51,799 bases of DNA, from positions 32,001 through 83,799 of IMG/VR virus record IMGVR_UViG_3300025141_000053; one strand, written 5' to 3'. The stretch's first letter is position 1. Every line of letters begins with the position of its first letter. Both the position numbers and the translations under genes were made by a program. The notes beneath the pieces were generated by a model. It did not search any database, was not told the origin of the DNA, and saw only the letters and a list, made by a program, of their open reading frames with translations. Source of the DNA: a virus. Positions 17,083-27,036 of this stretch are shown in pieces.

Positions 17083-18729
17083 ATGACAAATATCAATAAC
17101 ATTAAAAGTGAGGCAGAGAGGCTTTTAAAAGAACTACAACGTGGCAATGAATATATTATTGCGGAAGTTGATAATAGAATGAGACAAGCAGTTGCTGAAT
17201 ATCCCAGAGATACAGTCATTCGTGCTGTGGCAGGTGTAATTGAAAAGATGGCAGACAGTGATCCTAGCAGAGTAATCTCTCAGGGAGAAATTGGTGATAT
17301 CTATAATAACCTTATAGGTTTGAACTCAAATACTCAATTTAGAGAGGCGTTAGGGGATTTTCTTAATACTAAAATTGAAAAAACATCTACCACCAATAAA
17401 GAGTTTATTTCTAAAAATAGAGATACTCAAGAAGGGTCTCTTGATGTATTAGCGGGAGTAGACAATGAATTAAAAATTTTATTTGAACAATCCGAAGATA
17501 AATATGATAGAGATAAAATTGCTCCAGCAAAACACAGAGTAGAATCTGAGTTATCAATGAATGGATTTAATAGAACTCGCACAAAGTTTGCCGGGGGAAA
17601 TTCCAAATTTTTAGTTTTTTCTTCAGACTTAGATACTAATAGGGGTGCTGTAAGAGTATATGTTCCTTGTGAGGCAGAAACAGATAGTCTTCCTTCAGTA
17701 TTTGTTGCTGGCGACCAATTTATGGAACTTAATGCAAGTAATATTCAAAACCATATTATAGAATCTGCTAATTTTAGAACACAACTGCCACCTGTTCATG
17801 CCATTCTACATTCACTTGACCTCTTAACTTCTCAAGCCGAAAAAACAATGCCAAAAGATGAATTTGATAAGATTGCCGGGAATATTCCTACAAGTAAAGA
17901 CATGCCACTTTCGGCACCATCTTTGCTTGGTCAAATGCCAGAAGGAAAGCCTGTTGGCATGATTGAAATGCCTAGAGTTGAAACTCCCGAGCCATTAAAA
18001 ATTCTTGCTAATGATTTAGAAGAACAAATGGTTGAGACTGCTTTAGACTTTCCACTTGTTTCAGTTAGAACTGCCAAAAAGATGTTAGTTGCTGAGATTA
18101 ATGCCATGGGATTTTCTGGAACACAAGTTAAAATTGCTGCACCAACCCAAGATGGGTTCATATGTGAGGCAATTATAAATTCTCCAAGTGGTAAAGTAAG
18201 TATAGAAGTTCCCATTGAGATGAAGCAAAATAGGCCATTAATGCCATCAGTTTTTGCCAAGAACGATCAAATATTTGATTTTGATGAGGGTTCTGTAAAA
18301 GCATTTGTTTCAAAAGGATCAAATAGAGACACATATATTAATAGAGATAATCAACTATTAGATGTTGATATTTCGAAATTACGTGATCTATTAGTTAAGT
18401 CAGCAATCGATAAAGATTTTGGAACTTGTGATGAGATCTTAGCAGTTGCTTCTGAAAGATTTGATGCTGTAACTTACAAAAATCTTATAACTGATTTTAA
18501 CTCCATTCTAAAAAATGCCAGCCTAACAACAGAAGAATCTTGTTGTTCAAGACAAATCAAAAGTCCTAATTCTATTTATAAATATTGCGGTCATTATAAT
18601 GTTCCATTACATGATGTTCTTCAAGATGATGGTGGAAATTGTTGTTTGAAAAAGACACACTATTCTCGCGAAGCTCAAAGATCTGAGGGAGCGATGTTTT
18701 CTAACGCAAGAGTTTTGATTAGCGAATAA
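17083..18729 (+). CDS. Hypothetical protein with an internally duplicated ~80-aa domain and Cys-rich C-terminus
   Basis: GGAGG SD; two copies of AK....E...GF......G.V...VP.E....PSVF. Confidence 0.8.
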   Translation: MTNINNIKSEAERLLKELQRGNEYIIAEVDNRMRQAVAEYPRDTVIRAVAGVIEKMADSDPSRVISQGEIGDIYNNLIGLNSNTQFREALGDFLNTKIEKTSTTNKEFISKNRDTQEGSLDVLAGVDNELKILFEQSEDKYDRDKIAPAKHRVESELSMNGFNRTRTKFAGGNSKFLVFSSDLDTNRGAVRVYVPCEAETDSLPSVFVAGDQFMELNASNIQNHIIESANFRTQLPPVHAILHSLDLLTSQAEKTMPKDEFDKIAGNIPTSKDMPLSAPSLLGQMPEGKPVGMIEMPRVETPEPLKILANDLEEQMVETALDFPLVSVRTAKKMLVAEINAMGFSGTQVKIAAPTQDGFICEAIINSPSGKVSIEVPIEMKQNRPLMPSVFAKNDQIFDFDEGSVKAFVSKGSNRDTYINRDNQLLDVDISKLRDLLVKSAIDKDFGTCDEILAVASERFDAVTYKNLITDFNSILKNASLTTEESCCSRQIKSPNSIYKYCGHYNVPLHDVLQDDGGNCCLKKTHYSREAQRSEGAMFSNARVLISE

Positions 18730-18747
18730 AATATGGAGGAAATTACA

Positions 18748-19392
18748 ATGAGTAATGAAAATAATGCATTAAAAGAGTTAATTGATTATGCTGATTATTT
18801 AGATAAAAGAGGATTTACTTCTATCGCCAATTTATTTGATTTTGCGGTTAATACTATTGCTAATATGAGAAAAAATACTAACATTATTAAGAGTTCTGAT
18901 AGCGCAAAAGTTATGATCGCGAAATGTGCTGATTACATGGATGATATGAATAGCGCAACAAGTGACATATTGGACAAAGTTTTAAAAATTGCTATTGAAG
19001 ATATCCCAGGAAGATATGGCCCAGTAAGTCAATTTGACAGACTAAAACATTCAGAGCAAGTTTATGATACTGAATCACCTGATAAAAAACAAGAAAAGAG
19101 AAAAAGAAGTGACGAGCCTAGTGTTAAGGGGTTCGGAGAGATGGGTTCGCATTTAAATACAAGATATTGTCCAGATCATCATGGTGTTCAAACAACTAGA
19201 ATTGGAGAAAGAGTATATCAGTGTCCACTAGATAAGAAGACTTATAATTATGAGACTGGATATACCAATTATCGAGGAGAAAATATTCCAGGTGGAAGCG
19301 TTGCTCACCAAACTCCTGAATCAAGTGATTATTTTGCAGCACCGTCAAGAATTTTTGACTCAAGAGAAAACTTAATGAATCCTCTTGTATAG
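18748..19392 (+). CDS. Hypothetical protein with two leader-type helical motifs and a C-terminal Zn-like site
   Basis: GGAGG SD before ATG 18748; LIDYADYLDKRGFTSIANLFD; CPDHHG...CPLD. Confidence 0.75.
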   Translation: MSNENNALKELIDYADYLDKRGFTSIANLFDFAVNTIANMRKNTNIIKSSDSAKVMIAKCADYMDDMNSATSDILDKVLKIAIEDIPGRYGPVSQFDRLKHSEQVYDTESPDKKQEKRKRSDEPSVKGFGEMGSHLNTRYCPDHHGVQTTRIGERVYQCPLDKKTYNYETGYTNYRGENIPGGSVAHQTPESSDYFAAPSRIFDSRENLMNPLV

Positions 19393-19399
19393 GTGAAAT

Positions 19400-20164
19400 A
19401 TGCCAAAAATAAAACCAGGTAGAAGACAGTTTGAAAAAATTTTATCACATCCAGATAGAAATTTGATTATTAGGCTATTGGCTCAAGGAAATGGTGTGAG
19501 GGCAATAGAGAATCTTTTAAAAGAAAAGTATCCAGATGATAAAAGTAAGACAATTACTTTTATGACATTACAGAAATTCAGAAAAGATTATATGGACTTA
19601 GATGCTGAAGCGTTGTCTCTTATAAAAAAAGAAGAAAAAGAAAAATTAGAAAAGAAAGAAGATGCTCAAATAGACAGGAAAATAAGAAATCTTCCAACTT
19701 ATAAACAAGTAATTGAGAACGCAAAAGAAGAACATATTGATATAAGAAGAACTCTTAAAAATCTAGAATTGGTAATTAATTCTAGAATGGAGACACTTTT
19801 TAATCTTGCGAATCAAGGAAAATTATCCCAAAAAAGAGAAGAGAACTTTTTGGGATATATGGAAAAGCAGCTATCTGTTTTAGAAAAATGGGGAAAATAT
19901 GTAGAAAAAATTGCTGATAAGACAGTACAAACTGATGTTAATATAACTGTAGTTCAAGATCAGGCTGTTTTAATAAGAGAGGCTATTTTAGAAACCTTAG
20001 ATGATGTTTCTCCAGAACTAAAAATAAAGTTTTTGGAAAATTTAAATAACAAGTTGGAAAATACTATTTTTAGAAAAAAGAAAACAACAAGTATTAAAAG
20101 TATTAGTGGCAGTGCTCATAAAATGTTAGATGAATATGTGGATGCGGAGATTTCTGATGACTGA
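19400..20164 (+). CDS. Hypothetical helical protein with N-terminal HTH-like region (terminase small subunit candidate)
   Basis: AGGTG SD; HTH-like N-terminus, coiled-coil and short beta segment (TDVNITVV). The function is inferred from architecture and region only. Confidence 0.35.
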   Translation: MPKIKPGRRQFEKILSHPDRNLIIRLLAQGNGVRAIENLLKEKYPDDKSKTITFMTLQKFRKDYMDLDAEALSLIKKEEKEKLEKKEDAQIDRKIRNLPTYKQVIENAKEEHIDIRRTLKNLELVINSRMETLFNLANQGKLSQKREENFLGYMEKQLSVLEKWGKYVEKIADKTVQTDVNITVVQDQAVLIREAILETLDDVSPELKIKFLENLNNKLENTIFRKKKTTSIKSISGSAHKMLDEYVDAEISDD

Positions 20165-21863
20165 TTACATACAAAGTGTCTTAGATGATATTTCTGATGA
20201 CGGGATGACTCCTGATTTATGGGATTTAGTAAATGAAGATATAGAAAATATGAAAGGAGTTGGGGTTTCTAATAAAAAAGAGAAGGCCCTTCTTTTTTAT
20301 ATAAGAAGATTTATGAATGATATTTTAGATGATTTTGGCACAAAAAGACAGCCTGGGATTACCAAAAAAGTTTTTGAAATGTTAAAAGATAAAGAAGATG
20401 TGAGCATAGATGATATAAAAAATGCTGTTTCGAGTTGTTTTAAAACGAAAAGAGCATACCCAAATACTACTGGTGTTTATAGAGAATATAATCACGACAA
20501 GGTTGATATTAATAAGTGGATTACTACAATGGCTAATATTAATCAATCTGAAGATGAAATAGGTACTTTAGAGCAACTAACTTCCAGTTGGAATGAAACA
20601 GAAAAATATAATTTCATTCAATGGATGAAATATTATGAGGAAAATAGTCATATGAAATATGGATTTGATAAAAAAGCTAATTATTTAAATTTTGTGTTTG
20701 ATCATGAAATGGAGCAAGCACTTAAAGATCCTGTGTTGGGACAAGAAGAAGAAGTGAAGGTAGAACCTGAAGTACAGATACCACAAAAACGCATTCAGAC
20801 ATTACAAGATTATAAAAAATCTTTGGTTAGTCGCCTCATGTCTGCTGAAAGATTATTGGCTAAATTTGTAGATGTTCTACCAGAGCAAAAGTGGCAATTT
20901 TTGTATGACACATTGACAAGACTTAAAGGTGAGGCCACACAACTAAAGGTAGCTCAGACTATAAATGATAGAGTAATAAGAGCCGCAAATATTTTTGATG
21001 ATAATGATTTTCAAGAGGGCGCTCAAGAATTGAGGAAAATAGCTGCTCCTGCGGGAAATATAGCAAAAAGAATTGAAAAAGCATTAGGTGGTGGTGAAGG
21101 CGCTGAAGAAGGTGCCGGTGCTGCTGATCTAGGCGATGATCTAATGGACATGCCTAACGAATTAGATTTGCCCGGTGGAGAGGCTGGCCCCGGTGGAGAG
21201 ACTCCTCCCATGGATGAACCTGCTCCTGATGAAGGACTTGACGCTCCTCCAGCGGGAGATGAGTTGGACGTGCCAGAACCTGACGGTGGAGAAGAGCCTT
21301 CTCCAGATGAGCCAGATTTGGATGTGCCAGAACCCACCACAGAAGAACCAGAATTAGATGTTTCGGAGCCAGCAGGAGCAGATAATCCTTTTGCTGGATC
21401 AAATCCGGAAGATGTTATTAATATTATAAATCCACTATTACAGAGTGCTCGTAGTAGAGTAAATGTTCGTATTCTAACAAAAGCAGATATGATGCTTGAG
21501 GGATTAGGTGTTGCCTCTTATCTCCCAGAGTTAAGTGAGGCAATAGGAAAACAAATAGAATGTGATAATTATATAGCAAACAGATTAGAAAAAATTATTG
21601 GGAAATTACAAGGAAGCAAGGGTGGGGACTCAGCAGCAGGAGCCCTACCCCCTTCAGCCCCAGCGCCTTCAGTAGATATGGGGGAAATAACTGGAGAAGA
21701 GACTCTTGACGTAGAGGAGCCTGAAGAGACTCTTGACGTAGAGGAACCAGAAGAAGCAGTCTTAGAAGAAGTCCCCGTAGAGGCTCCTAAAGCGCCTCCA
21801 GTTGCGGAAAAAGAAGAGAAGGTTCCTCCAACAAAGACACCTAAGGCTCCAGCAGAGGTATAA
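20157..21863 (+). CDS. Hypothetical protein with long acidic Pro/Gly-rich disordered regions
   Basis: GGAG SD before ATG 20157; LDVPEP/LDVEEP repeats, including a 27-nt duplication at 21696-21749. Confidence 0.8.
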   Translation: MTDYIQSVLDDISDDGMTPDLWDLVNEDIENMKGVGVSNKKEKALLFYIRRFMNDILDDFGTKRQPGITKKVFEMLKDKEDVSIDDIKNAVSSCFKTKRAYPNTTGVYREYNHDKVDINKWITTMANINQSEDEIGTLEQLTSSWNETEKYNFIQWMKYYEENSHMKYGFDKKANYLNFVFDHEMEQALKDPVLGQEEEVKVEPEVQIPQKRIQTLQDYKKSLVSRLMSAERLLAKFVDVLPEQKWQFLYDTLTRLKGEATQLKVAQTINDRVIRAANIFDDNDFQEGAQELRKIAAPAGNIAKRIEKALGGGEGAEEGAGAADLGDDLMDMPNELDLPGGEAGPGGETPPMDEPAPDEGLDAPPAGDELDVPEPDGGEEPSPDEPDLDVPEPTTEEPELDVSEPAGADNPFAGSNPEDVINIINPLLQSARSRVNVRILTKADMMLEGLGVASYLPELSEAIGKQIECDNYIANRLEKIIGKLQGSKGGDSAAGALPPSAPAPSVDMGEITGEETLDVEEPEETLDVEEPEEAVLEEVPVEAPKAPPVAEKEEKVPPTKTPKAPAEV

Positions 21864-21866
21864 TTT

Positions 21867-22634
21867 ATGAAGGTATCTCAATTATTGAAAACAGTATTTG
21901 AAATAGCAAAAACTAATAATTTAGCAACTCCATATATGGTAGGAGGAATACCAAGAGATATAGTTATGGGAAATAGTAATGATGTTGAAGATATTGATTT
22001 AACAACTGGCAATGAAGACTCTTTAGAACTAGTCAGATTATGTCATGAACATTGGCCAGAAACATCTTTTAAAGAGTTTAATGATGGTCATGCCTCATTA
22101 AATTTTAAAAATATTAAATTAGACTTCAGTAGTAATAAGATTGCCCCAGATATTGAGGAAAAATTAAAAGAACTTGGGATAAATGATCCAACAGATTTAC
22201 AAAAAGAAATTTATTCAAGAGATTTTACAATTAACACGTTGCTAAAACCCATTGATGACCTAAGTAAAGACATAATAGATGTTACTGGAAAGGGAATAGA
22301 TGATTGTAAGAATAAGATATTACGTGGCCCAATAAGCGGTGAATTTTCTTTTATAAATAGCCCTAATAGGATTGTTAGGGCTATTAGAATTGCTGTAAAA
22401 ATGGATTTGAAATTTAGCAAGGAAGTTGGAGAATCTATTAGAAGGCTTAAGAATCTATTAATGGATGTATCAGATAGATATATAAATAAAGAAATTAATA
22501 AAGCTTTAAGGGAAGATACAGAAAAAACGGTGGCTATTTTAGTAAATTATAAATTGTTGCCTATTCTGCCATTATCAAAAATGCTCACAAGAGAGTTGGC
22601 AAGACAGAGAATGGTACAACATATTTTAGATTAA
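21867..22634 (+). CDS. CCA-adding enzyme / poly(A) polymerase family (class II) nucleotidyltransferase
   Basis: YMVGGIPRDIVMG...DIDL (motif A), SRDFTIN (motif B), DVTGKGIDD (motif C), R..RAIRIA. Short, with no HD domain. Confidence 0.85.
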   Translation: MKVSQLLKTVFEIAKTNNLATPYMVGGIPRDIVMGNSNDVEDIDLTTGNEDSLELVRLCHEHWPETSFKEFNDGHASLNFKNIKLDFSSNKIAPDIEEKLKELGINDPTDLQKEIYSRDFTINTLLKPIDDLSKDIIDVTGKGIDDCKNKILRGPISGEFSFINSPNRIVRAIRIAVKMDLKFSKEVGESIRRLKNLLMDVSDRYINKEINKALREDTEKTVAILVNYKLLPILPLSKMLTRELARQRMVQHILD

Positions 22635-22640
22635 GGAGTA

Positions 22641-23165
22641 ATGATGAGAACTTTAAATGTAATGTTAAAAATTGCTGAAGAAATGATAAATAATAATGAT
22701 GTTAGGGGCTTAAGAGAATTATGCCAAAGTTATGAAGATCATGTATTAAAGATATTTAAAAAATCACATTTTGTCCCTGATGACAATTCGGATACTCCCA
22801 ATTTTTGGAAGCGCAATCTTGATTATGCTGGATATGAAAATTCACCATGGAGAGGAAGTATGGTTGATTTTATGAAGGAATTCCCAGGTGGATTAAGAGA
22901 TTGGGTTAAACACAGAGCAAAGGAAAAGGATAAAAGATTTAATTTACATTCGATAAAAGATTTTAATAAAAAATCTGGACAAGAAGTTATTAATTTGTTA
23001 AAAAATAATTTGTCAAAAACGGCAGAAAAATATGATCCTCAAAAATGGGGAAATGTAAGGGGGCTTCTTGCTCAGTATTCAGATGATGTAGAACTAGCTG
23101 CTTCTGATGCTGTTGAAGATATTGTAAGGTATGTTCAATTAATGAGGGAAAATAAAAGAAAATGA
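22641..23165 (+). CDS. Hypothetical protein (174 aa)
   Basis: AAGGAG SD; in operon. Confidence 0.75.
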   Translation: MMRTLNVMLKIAEEMINNNDVRGLRELCQSYEDHVLKIFKKSHFVPDDNSDTPNFWKRNLDYAGYENSPWRGSMVDFMKEFPGGLRDWVKHRAKEKDKRFNLHSIKDFNKKSGQEVINLLKNNLSKTAEKYDPQKWGNVRGLLAQYSDDVELAASDAVEDIVRYVQLMRENKRK

Positions 23166-23617
23166 AAAAAAGTGGATGGATAAAATCAAAAGGCTTTGGA
23201 GATGCGTGTCCTTTTGGTCTTCCAATAACACATTCTTGTAAGAATGCTGGAAAATCCACTTTAAGAATGTGTCCAATGGATTATGTTGAGGGCAAGGGCA
23301 AGAAAAAAGAAATAAAAAAAGCTAATAGAAGAGTCTATATATATCATAAAAGCGGTAAAAGATGTCCATTTGCTGTAAATATAATGGGCAAAAATAACGT
23401 AAATTGTGACTGGGGAGATGTTGGTCAAGGTGTCGGTGGTGCAGAGTTAACGGGAAGTCCGTTGTATCCAAGCACATTTGCTGGCATTGAAGGACTTTAT
23501 GGATTTCCTTTAGGCTTTTATGCTGATAATAATCAAAGTAGAAATACACCGTATGGCTTATTTTCATTACTTGGAGAAGAAAAAGAAGATGAAAATATCA
23601 AATATGGGTCGGATTAA
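23162..23617 (+). CDS. Hypothetical Cys/Gly-rich protein
   Basis: Overlaps the upstream stop; CPFG, CKN, CPM, CPF, CDWG. Confidence 0.75.
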   Translation: MKKSGWIKSKGFGDACPFGLPITHSCKNAGKSTLRMCPMDYVEGKGKKKEIKKANRRVYIYHKSGKRCPFAVNIMGKNNVNCDWGDVGQGVGGAELTGSPLYPSTFAGIEGLYGFPLGFYADNNQSRNTPYGLFSLLGEEKEDENIKYGSD

Positions 23618-23647
23618 TAATAAAAGCCATTAAAAAGGAGATTTAAA

Positions 23648-24142
23648 ATGTTTGAATTTATCTTGTTAGCCCCAGCAGTATCTGGAATTTCTCCAGCCGC
23701 ACTAGTTGGTGTTATTACAGGGCTAATTACTGTTTTATTAGTTCTTGCAAAAATATTAGAAAAGAAAGTATTTGGCAAGTCTGATGTAGAAATGCGTAAA
23801 AAAACTAACTTAACTGTTAATAAGAACAAAGAACTATTGGAAGAATTATTATTATCTGTTGGGAGAAATGAAAAACTTTGTATAAAGTGTTATGATCTTC
23901 ATAATGTAAAAGATGGTGATAATGTGCCATTATGGTATGTTACAAGTAATTTAAAAAAATTAATTGCAGAAGTTCACATAATGGTATCTGAGATGAAAAA
24001 AATTGTATCAGATACTGATGAAAATTCTGAAGAGATTTTGGCCAAACTTCCAGAATTAATTAATTCTAATCAAGCGATGACTTTGAGGCTGACAGATCTT
24101 ATTAGTTTATTAGAAAAACTGGCCAGTAAAATTTCTTCTTAG
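23648..24142 (+). CDS. Membrane-anchored protein (single N-terminal TM helix)
   Basis: AAGGAG SD; hydrophobic ALVGVITGLITVLLVLAKI followed by a coiled-coil. Confidence 0.7.
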   Translation: MFEFILLAPAVSGISPAALVGVITGLITVLLVLAKILEKKVFGKSDVEMRKKTNLTVNKNKELLEELLLSVGRNEKLCIKCYDLHNVKDGDNVPLWYVTSNLKKLIAEVHIMVSEMKKIVSDTDENSEEILAKLPELINSNQAMTLRLTDLISLLEKLASKISS

Positions 24143-24154
24143 GAGGGAAATAAT

Positions 24155-24316
24155 ATGTCTAATGAGGCAAAACAAATTATTAAGACTGCTTCTGATAAGA
24201 GAAAAAAACAAGAACGGCGAAAACGCCTTTTAGAGAGAATAGGGATTTGTATAAATACTCATAAAGCCCTAGAAGATAGAATTAAAAAATTAATAACATC
24301 GTTAGTGATTAACTAG
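24155..24316 (+). CDS. Small basic protein (53 aa, below the ORF-track cutoff)
   Basis: AGGAGG SD; MSNEAKQIIKTASDKRKKQERRKRLL...LVIN*; fills the gap exactly. Confidence 0.65.
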   Translation: MSNEAKQIIKTASDKRKKQERRKRLLERIGICINTHKALEDRIKKLITSLVIN

Positions 24317-24326
24317 GAGGAAATAA

Positions 24327-25112
24327 ATGTATTTCGATGAAGAGATTGCGGTAGAAGAAGACGGCAATGAAGAAAAAACTGTTGAGGAGCAAAAGCAAGA
24401 AACGAACTTTCTTAAAAGTAAGGACTCCAGACATCTATGCCAATATGTACATGATACTTTAGGCAGTCTTCCAGCAAAAGACCAATGGGGAAGTAGCCCA
24501 AGTCAATATCAACAAATGCTTGGAAGGCTAAATGCTTTAGATAGAAATATTTCTAAAGGTTTGGGTTCAGATCATGAAGGACATATTACTCAAGATCAGA
24601 TTCAATGGCTTGATGATGCGCGTGAACGCATTTATCAAATGTCAGATGATCTTCTAGATAGGGTAGAATCACTTCGTGCTGCCAGAGATGGACATATAAA
24701 AAATATTAGGCAAAGGCACAGAAAAAAAGCACATGATGATAATAAATGTGGAATTTGCACATCTGTATTATATGATGATGAGGAAGTTGGTCTTCCACTG
24801 TGCTTGTCTTGTTTAGATGATCGTCATGTGAATCAGACTCTTGTAAAAGAAGCAACAACTCCTCGCATACAGCTTGTAATGAGTCCGTTTGAGAGATCAA
24901 TTGTTGGAACACTTATTAATGCTACAGTTTCTGGTGGGCAAAACATAAATGAAGTTTATGGAAAGCTCAAGAAGAAGTATGGCTTTGATAAAAGAGAAGA
25001 GTTGGGGATTACTCAATTATTGACTGATCTTGGTTATCCAGTATATAAAGATCGTGTTTTGATGGATGATCAAGAGGGTAATGGGGAATGGATTAAAAAT
25101 TATCACGCATAA
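24327..25112 (+). CDS. Hypothetical protein with internal Zn ribbon
   Basis: AGGAGG SD; CGIC...CLSC flanked by KKA and KEA. Confidence 0.75.
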   Translation: MYFDEEIAVEEDGNEEKTVEEQKQETNFLKSKDSRHLCQYVHDTLGSLPAKDQWGSSPSQYQQMLGRLNALDRNISKGLGSDHEGHITQDQIQWLDDARERIYQMSDDLLDRVESLRAARDGHIKNIRQRHRKKAHDDNKCGICTSVLYDDEEVGLPLCLSCLDDRHVNQTLVKEATTPRIQLVMSPFERSIVGTLINATVSGGQNINEVYGKLKKKYGFDKREELGITQLLTDLGYPVYKDRVLMDDQEGNGEWIKNYHA

Positions 25113-25342
25113 TGAAACCCATAAAAAAAATCTCTGATCCTGATGGACAAAAACAAGAAGAAGAATCTTTAGAAGAGGTAAGAAAAAAAATGTCTAAAAT
25201 AGCGGCAAGTCAAGTATTTAATATGCTTGATTTGGCCAATTATTTTGATGCTTTGGGCGTAGATACTGATGATCCGGGATTATCAGCATATGCTGCTGAT
25301 ATGGATAATATTATAAGGAGAATGATTAAAAATGACTCATAG
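25112..25342 (+). CDS. Small protein carrying the leader-type motif
   Basis: TAATG coupling; MLDLANYFDALG. Confidence 0.65.
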   Translation: MKPIKKISDPDGQKQEEESLEEVRKKMSKIAASQVFNMLDLANYFDALGVDTDDPGLSAYAADMDNIIRRMIKNDS

Positions 25343-26066
25343 AGATTATGAATATATGAAGCCTTCAAAAATGCCTGAATGGATGAAGGATTTCGCTGAG
25401 AAGGAAGCCTTTGACAAAAAAGAGGGCAATTATATTGACCACATTAATGAAATATTACATCCAGAATCTAAGTTAACTACTGTTGACGCGATGGTTAGTG
25501 ATTTGCGTGAGAGAGTCGGCCTTGATATGTTAACTAAGGAAGCGGCTGGAGAAAAAATACTTTCTGAAATGAAGACAGCGAAAAATGTAATAATAAGTCT
25601 TATTGCTATGGCCAACGAATTAGATTCTCGGGGAAGACACAATGAGGCAAAAGCCATTGACAGAAAGATTCAGGCATTAGCAGAGAAATCTAAGAAAAAA
25701 GATGATAAGAGTACAGAAAAATCTGAAAAATCTGAAAAATCTGAAAAATCTGAGGAAGGCGAAGATGGTCTGGCAGGTATTGTTGATGATCCTAAGTTTC
25801 GTGGTATTTTGGAATTTATTGATAAGATTGTTGAGGGAAGAGGTGGAAAAGTAACATCTGTTTCTATACAAGCAATGATAGAGAACGAAAAAGGAATGAT
25901 CGTAGATCCAGAAGTACAAAAATATTTAGAAAATAAGATTAAAGCAGTGAGAGAAAACTCCCCAGACGTTGAAGAACATTCTGGACTATTTGGAGTTGAC
26001 ATACAAGAACAAGATAGAGACGCGAATAATCAAATGTTTCACATGCCAGAATCTAATATGAGTTAA
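25332..26066 (+). CDS. Hypothetical protein with internal leader-type motif and (EKS)4 repeat
   Basis: AAGGAG SD; LIAMANELDSRGRHNEAKAIDRKIQALA; 9-nt repeat at 25716-25751. Confidence 0.75.
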   Translation: MTHRDYEYMKPSKMPEWMKDFAEKEAFDKKEGNYIDHINEILHPESKLTTVDAMVSDLRERVGLDMLTKEAAGEKILSEMKTAKNVIISLIAMANELDSRGRHNEAKAIDRKIQALAEKSKKKDDKSTEKSEKSEKSEKSEEGEDGLAGIVDDPKFRGILEFIDKIVEGRGGKVTSVSIQAMIENEKGMIVDPEVQKYLENKIKAVRENSPDVEEHSGLFGVDIQEQDRDANNQMFHMPESNMS

Positions 26067-26070
26067 AAAA

Positions 26071-27036
26071 ATGATATTAAATTTAATAAAATTAGCAAAT
26101 AGATTAGATAGTTTAGGATACAGAAAAGAATCTGGAATTATAGATGTAATTATTAAAAGAGCATTAGATCCTCAAGTTAAGGCTTTAATAGAATCTGGGC
26201 AAGGATGGACATATGGTTGTCCTAGTTGTAATAGTCCAGTAGACATTGATAATAATGTATTTAGTAAATTTATGCCTGAGCCAATAGAATGTCCGAATTG
26301 TAATAATAGTTTTTCTCCTCATGATGCTGGTGCTAGTCGTAGAATAATGGGTCCGGGGAATATGAAGGGCATGAAAGAAGAGTTTGGTGAGCACGCATTA
26401 AGCGAACAAGAGAGTGGCCTTTGGACTGTTTATACACTTGGAGCTCCATTATTTGTTTTTGAAGGGAAAGCCAATGCTCAACAATTTATGAGATCGCTTA
26501 TGAAAGATCCTGGGCAATTTCTTCCAAAAGCGAAACAGTATGCTTTGGCACATGTTCTTAGAAAAGCGTTGGGCTGGTTCGGCACTGTTTTTCCTCCCGC
26601 ATCAAATCCATGGGGAGAAATAAATTGGGATGACCCAGAAACTTGGGACAAGGCAGAAGAACAGATGTGGAGAGATGCTAGGGTTGGTGCCTCGCATGAA
26701 AGAATTCCCCATAGTGATGTTGAGTTTTCTAAAAGACAGATTGACCCTGATGCGGTATTTGAAGATGCTATTGAAAAATCAACCAAGGTAGTGCCATGCG
26801 ATGTTCCTCTAGATAGTAGTGAGTATGTACATCATGGAGAATCTCCAGACAAGGGCCATAAGAAAAAACAAGAACAGTTAGTTGAAAAATTACCAAAAGA
26901 CGAAGATGGACTTTTGGAATCTTATGAAGTTCTTGATGAACATGGCGACAGAGTTAGGAGACAAGTTTTGCTGAGAGAAAAAATTAGGAATGAGGACAAG
27001 GATCCAGATAAACTTGCCGATGACATGAGGTGGTAA
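26071..27036 (+). CDS. Leader-bearing Zn-ribbon protein (paralog of 31483-32391)
   Basis: N-terminal MILNLIKLANRLDSLGYRKESGIIDVIIKRA; CPSC..CPNC..FSPHD; C-terminal DPDKLADDMRW. Confidence 0.8.
   Translation: MILNLIKLANRLDSLGYRKESGIIDVIIKRALDPQVKALIESGQGWTYGCPSCNSPVDIDNNVFSKFMPEPIECPNCNNSFSPHDAGASRRIMGPGNMKGMKEEFGEHALSEQESGLWTVYTLGAPLFVFEGKANAQQFMRSLMKDPGQFLPKAKQYALAHVLRKALGWFGTVFPPASNPWGEINWDDPETWDKAEEQMWRDARVGASHERIPHSDVEFSKRQIDPDAVFEDAIEKSTKVVPCDVPLDSSEYVHHGESPDKGHKKKQEQLVEKLPKDEDGLLESYEVLDEHGDRVRRQVLLREKIRNEDKDPDKLADDMRW

Noticed and set aside
23648-24316. Holin/spanin lysis cassette
   Set aside because: There is one TM helix only, no lipobox in the downstream small ORF, and no adjacent endolysin; support is insufficient.
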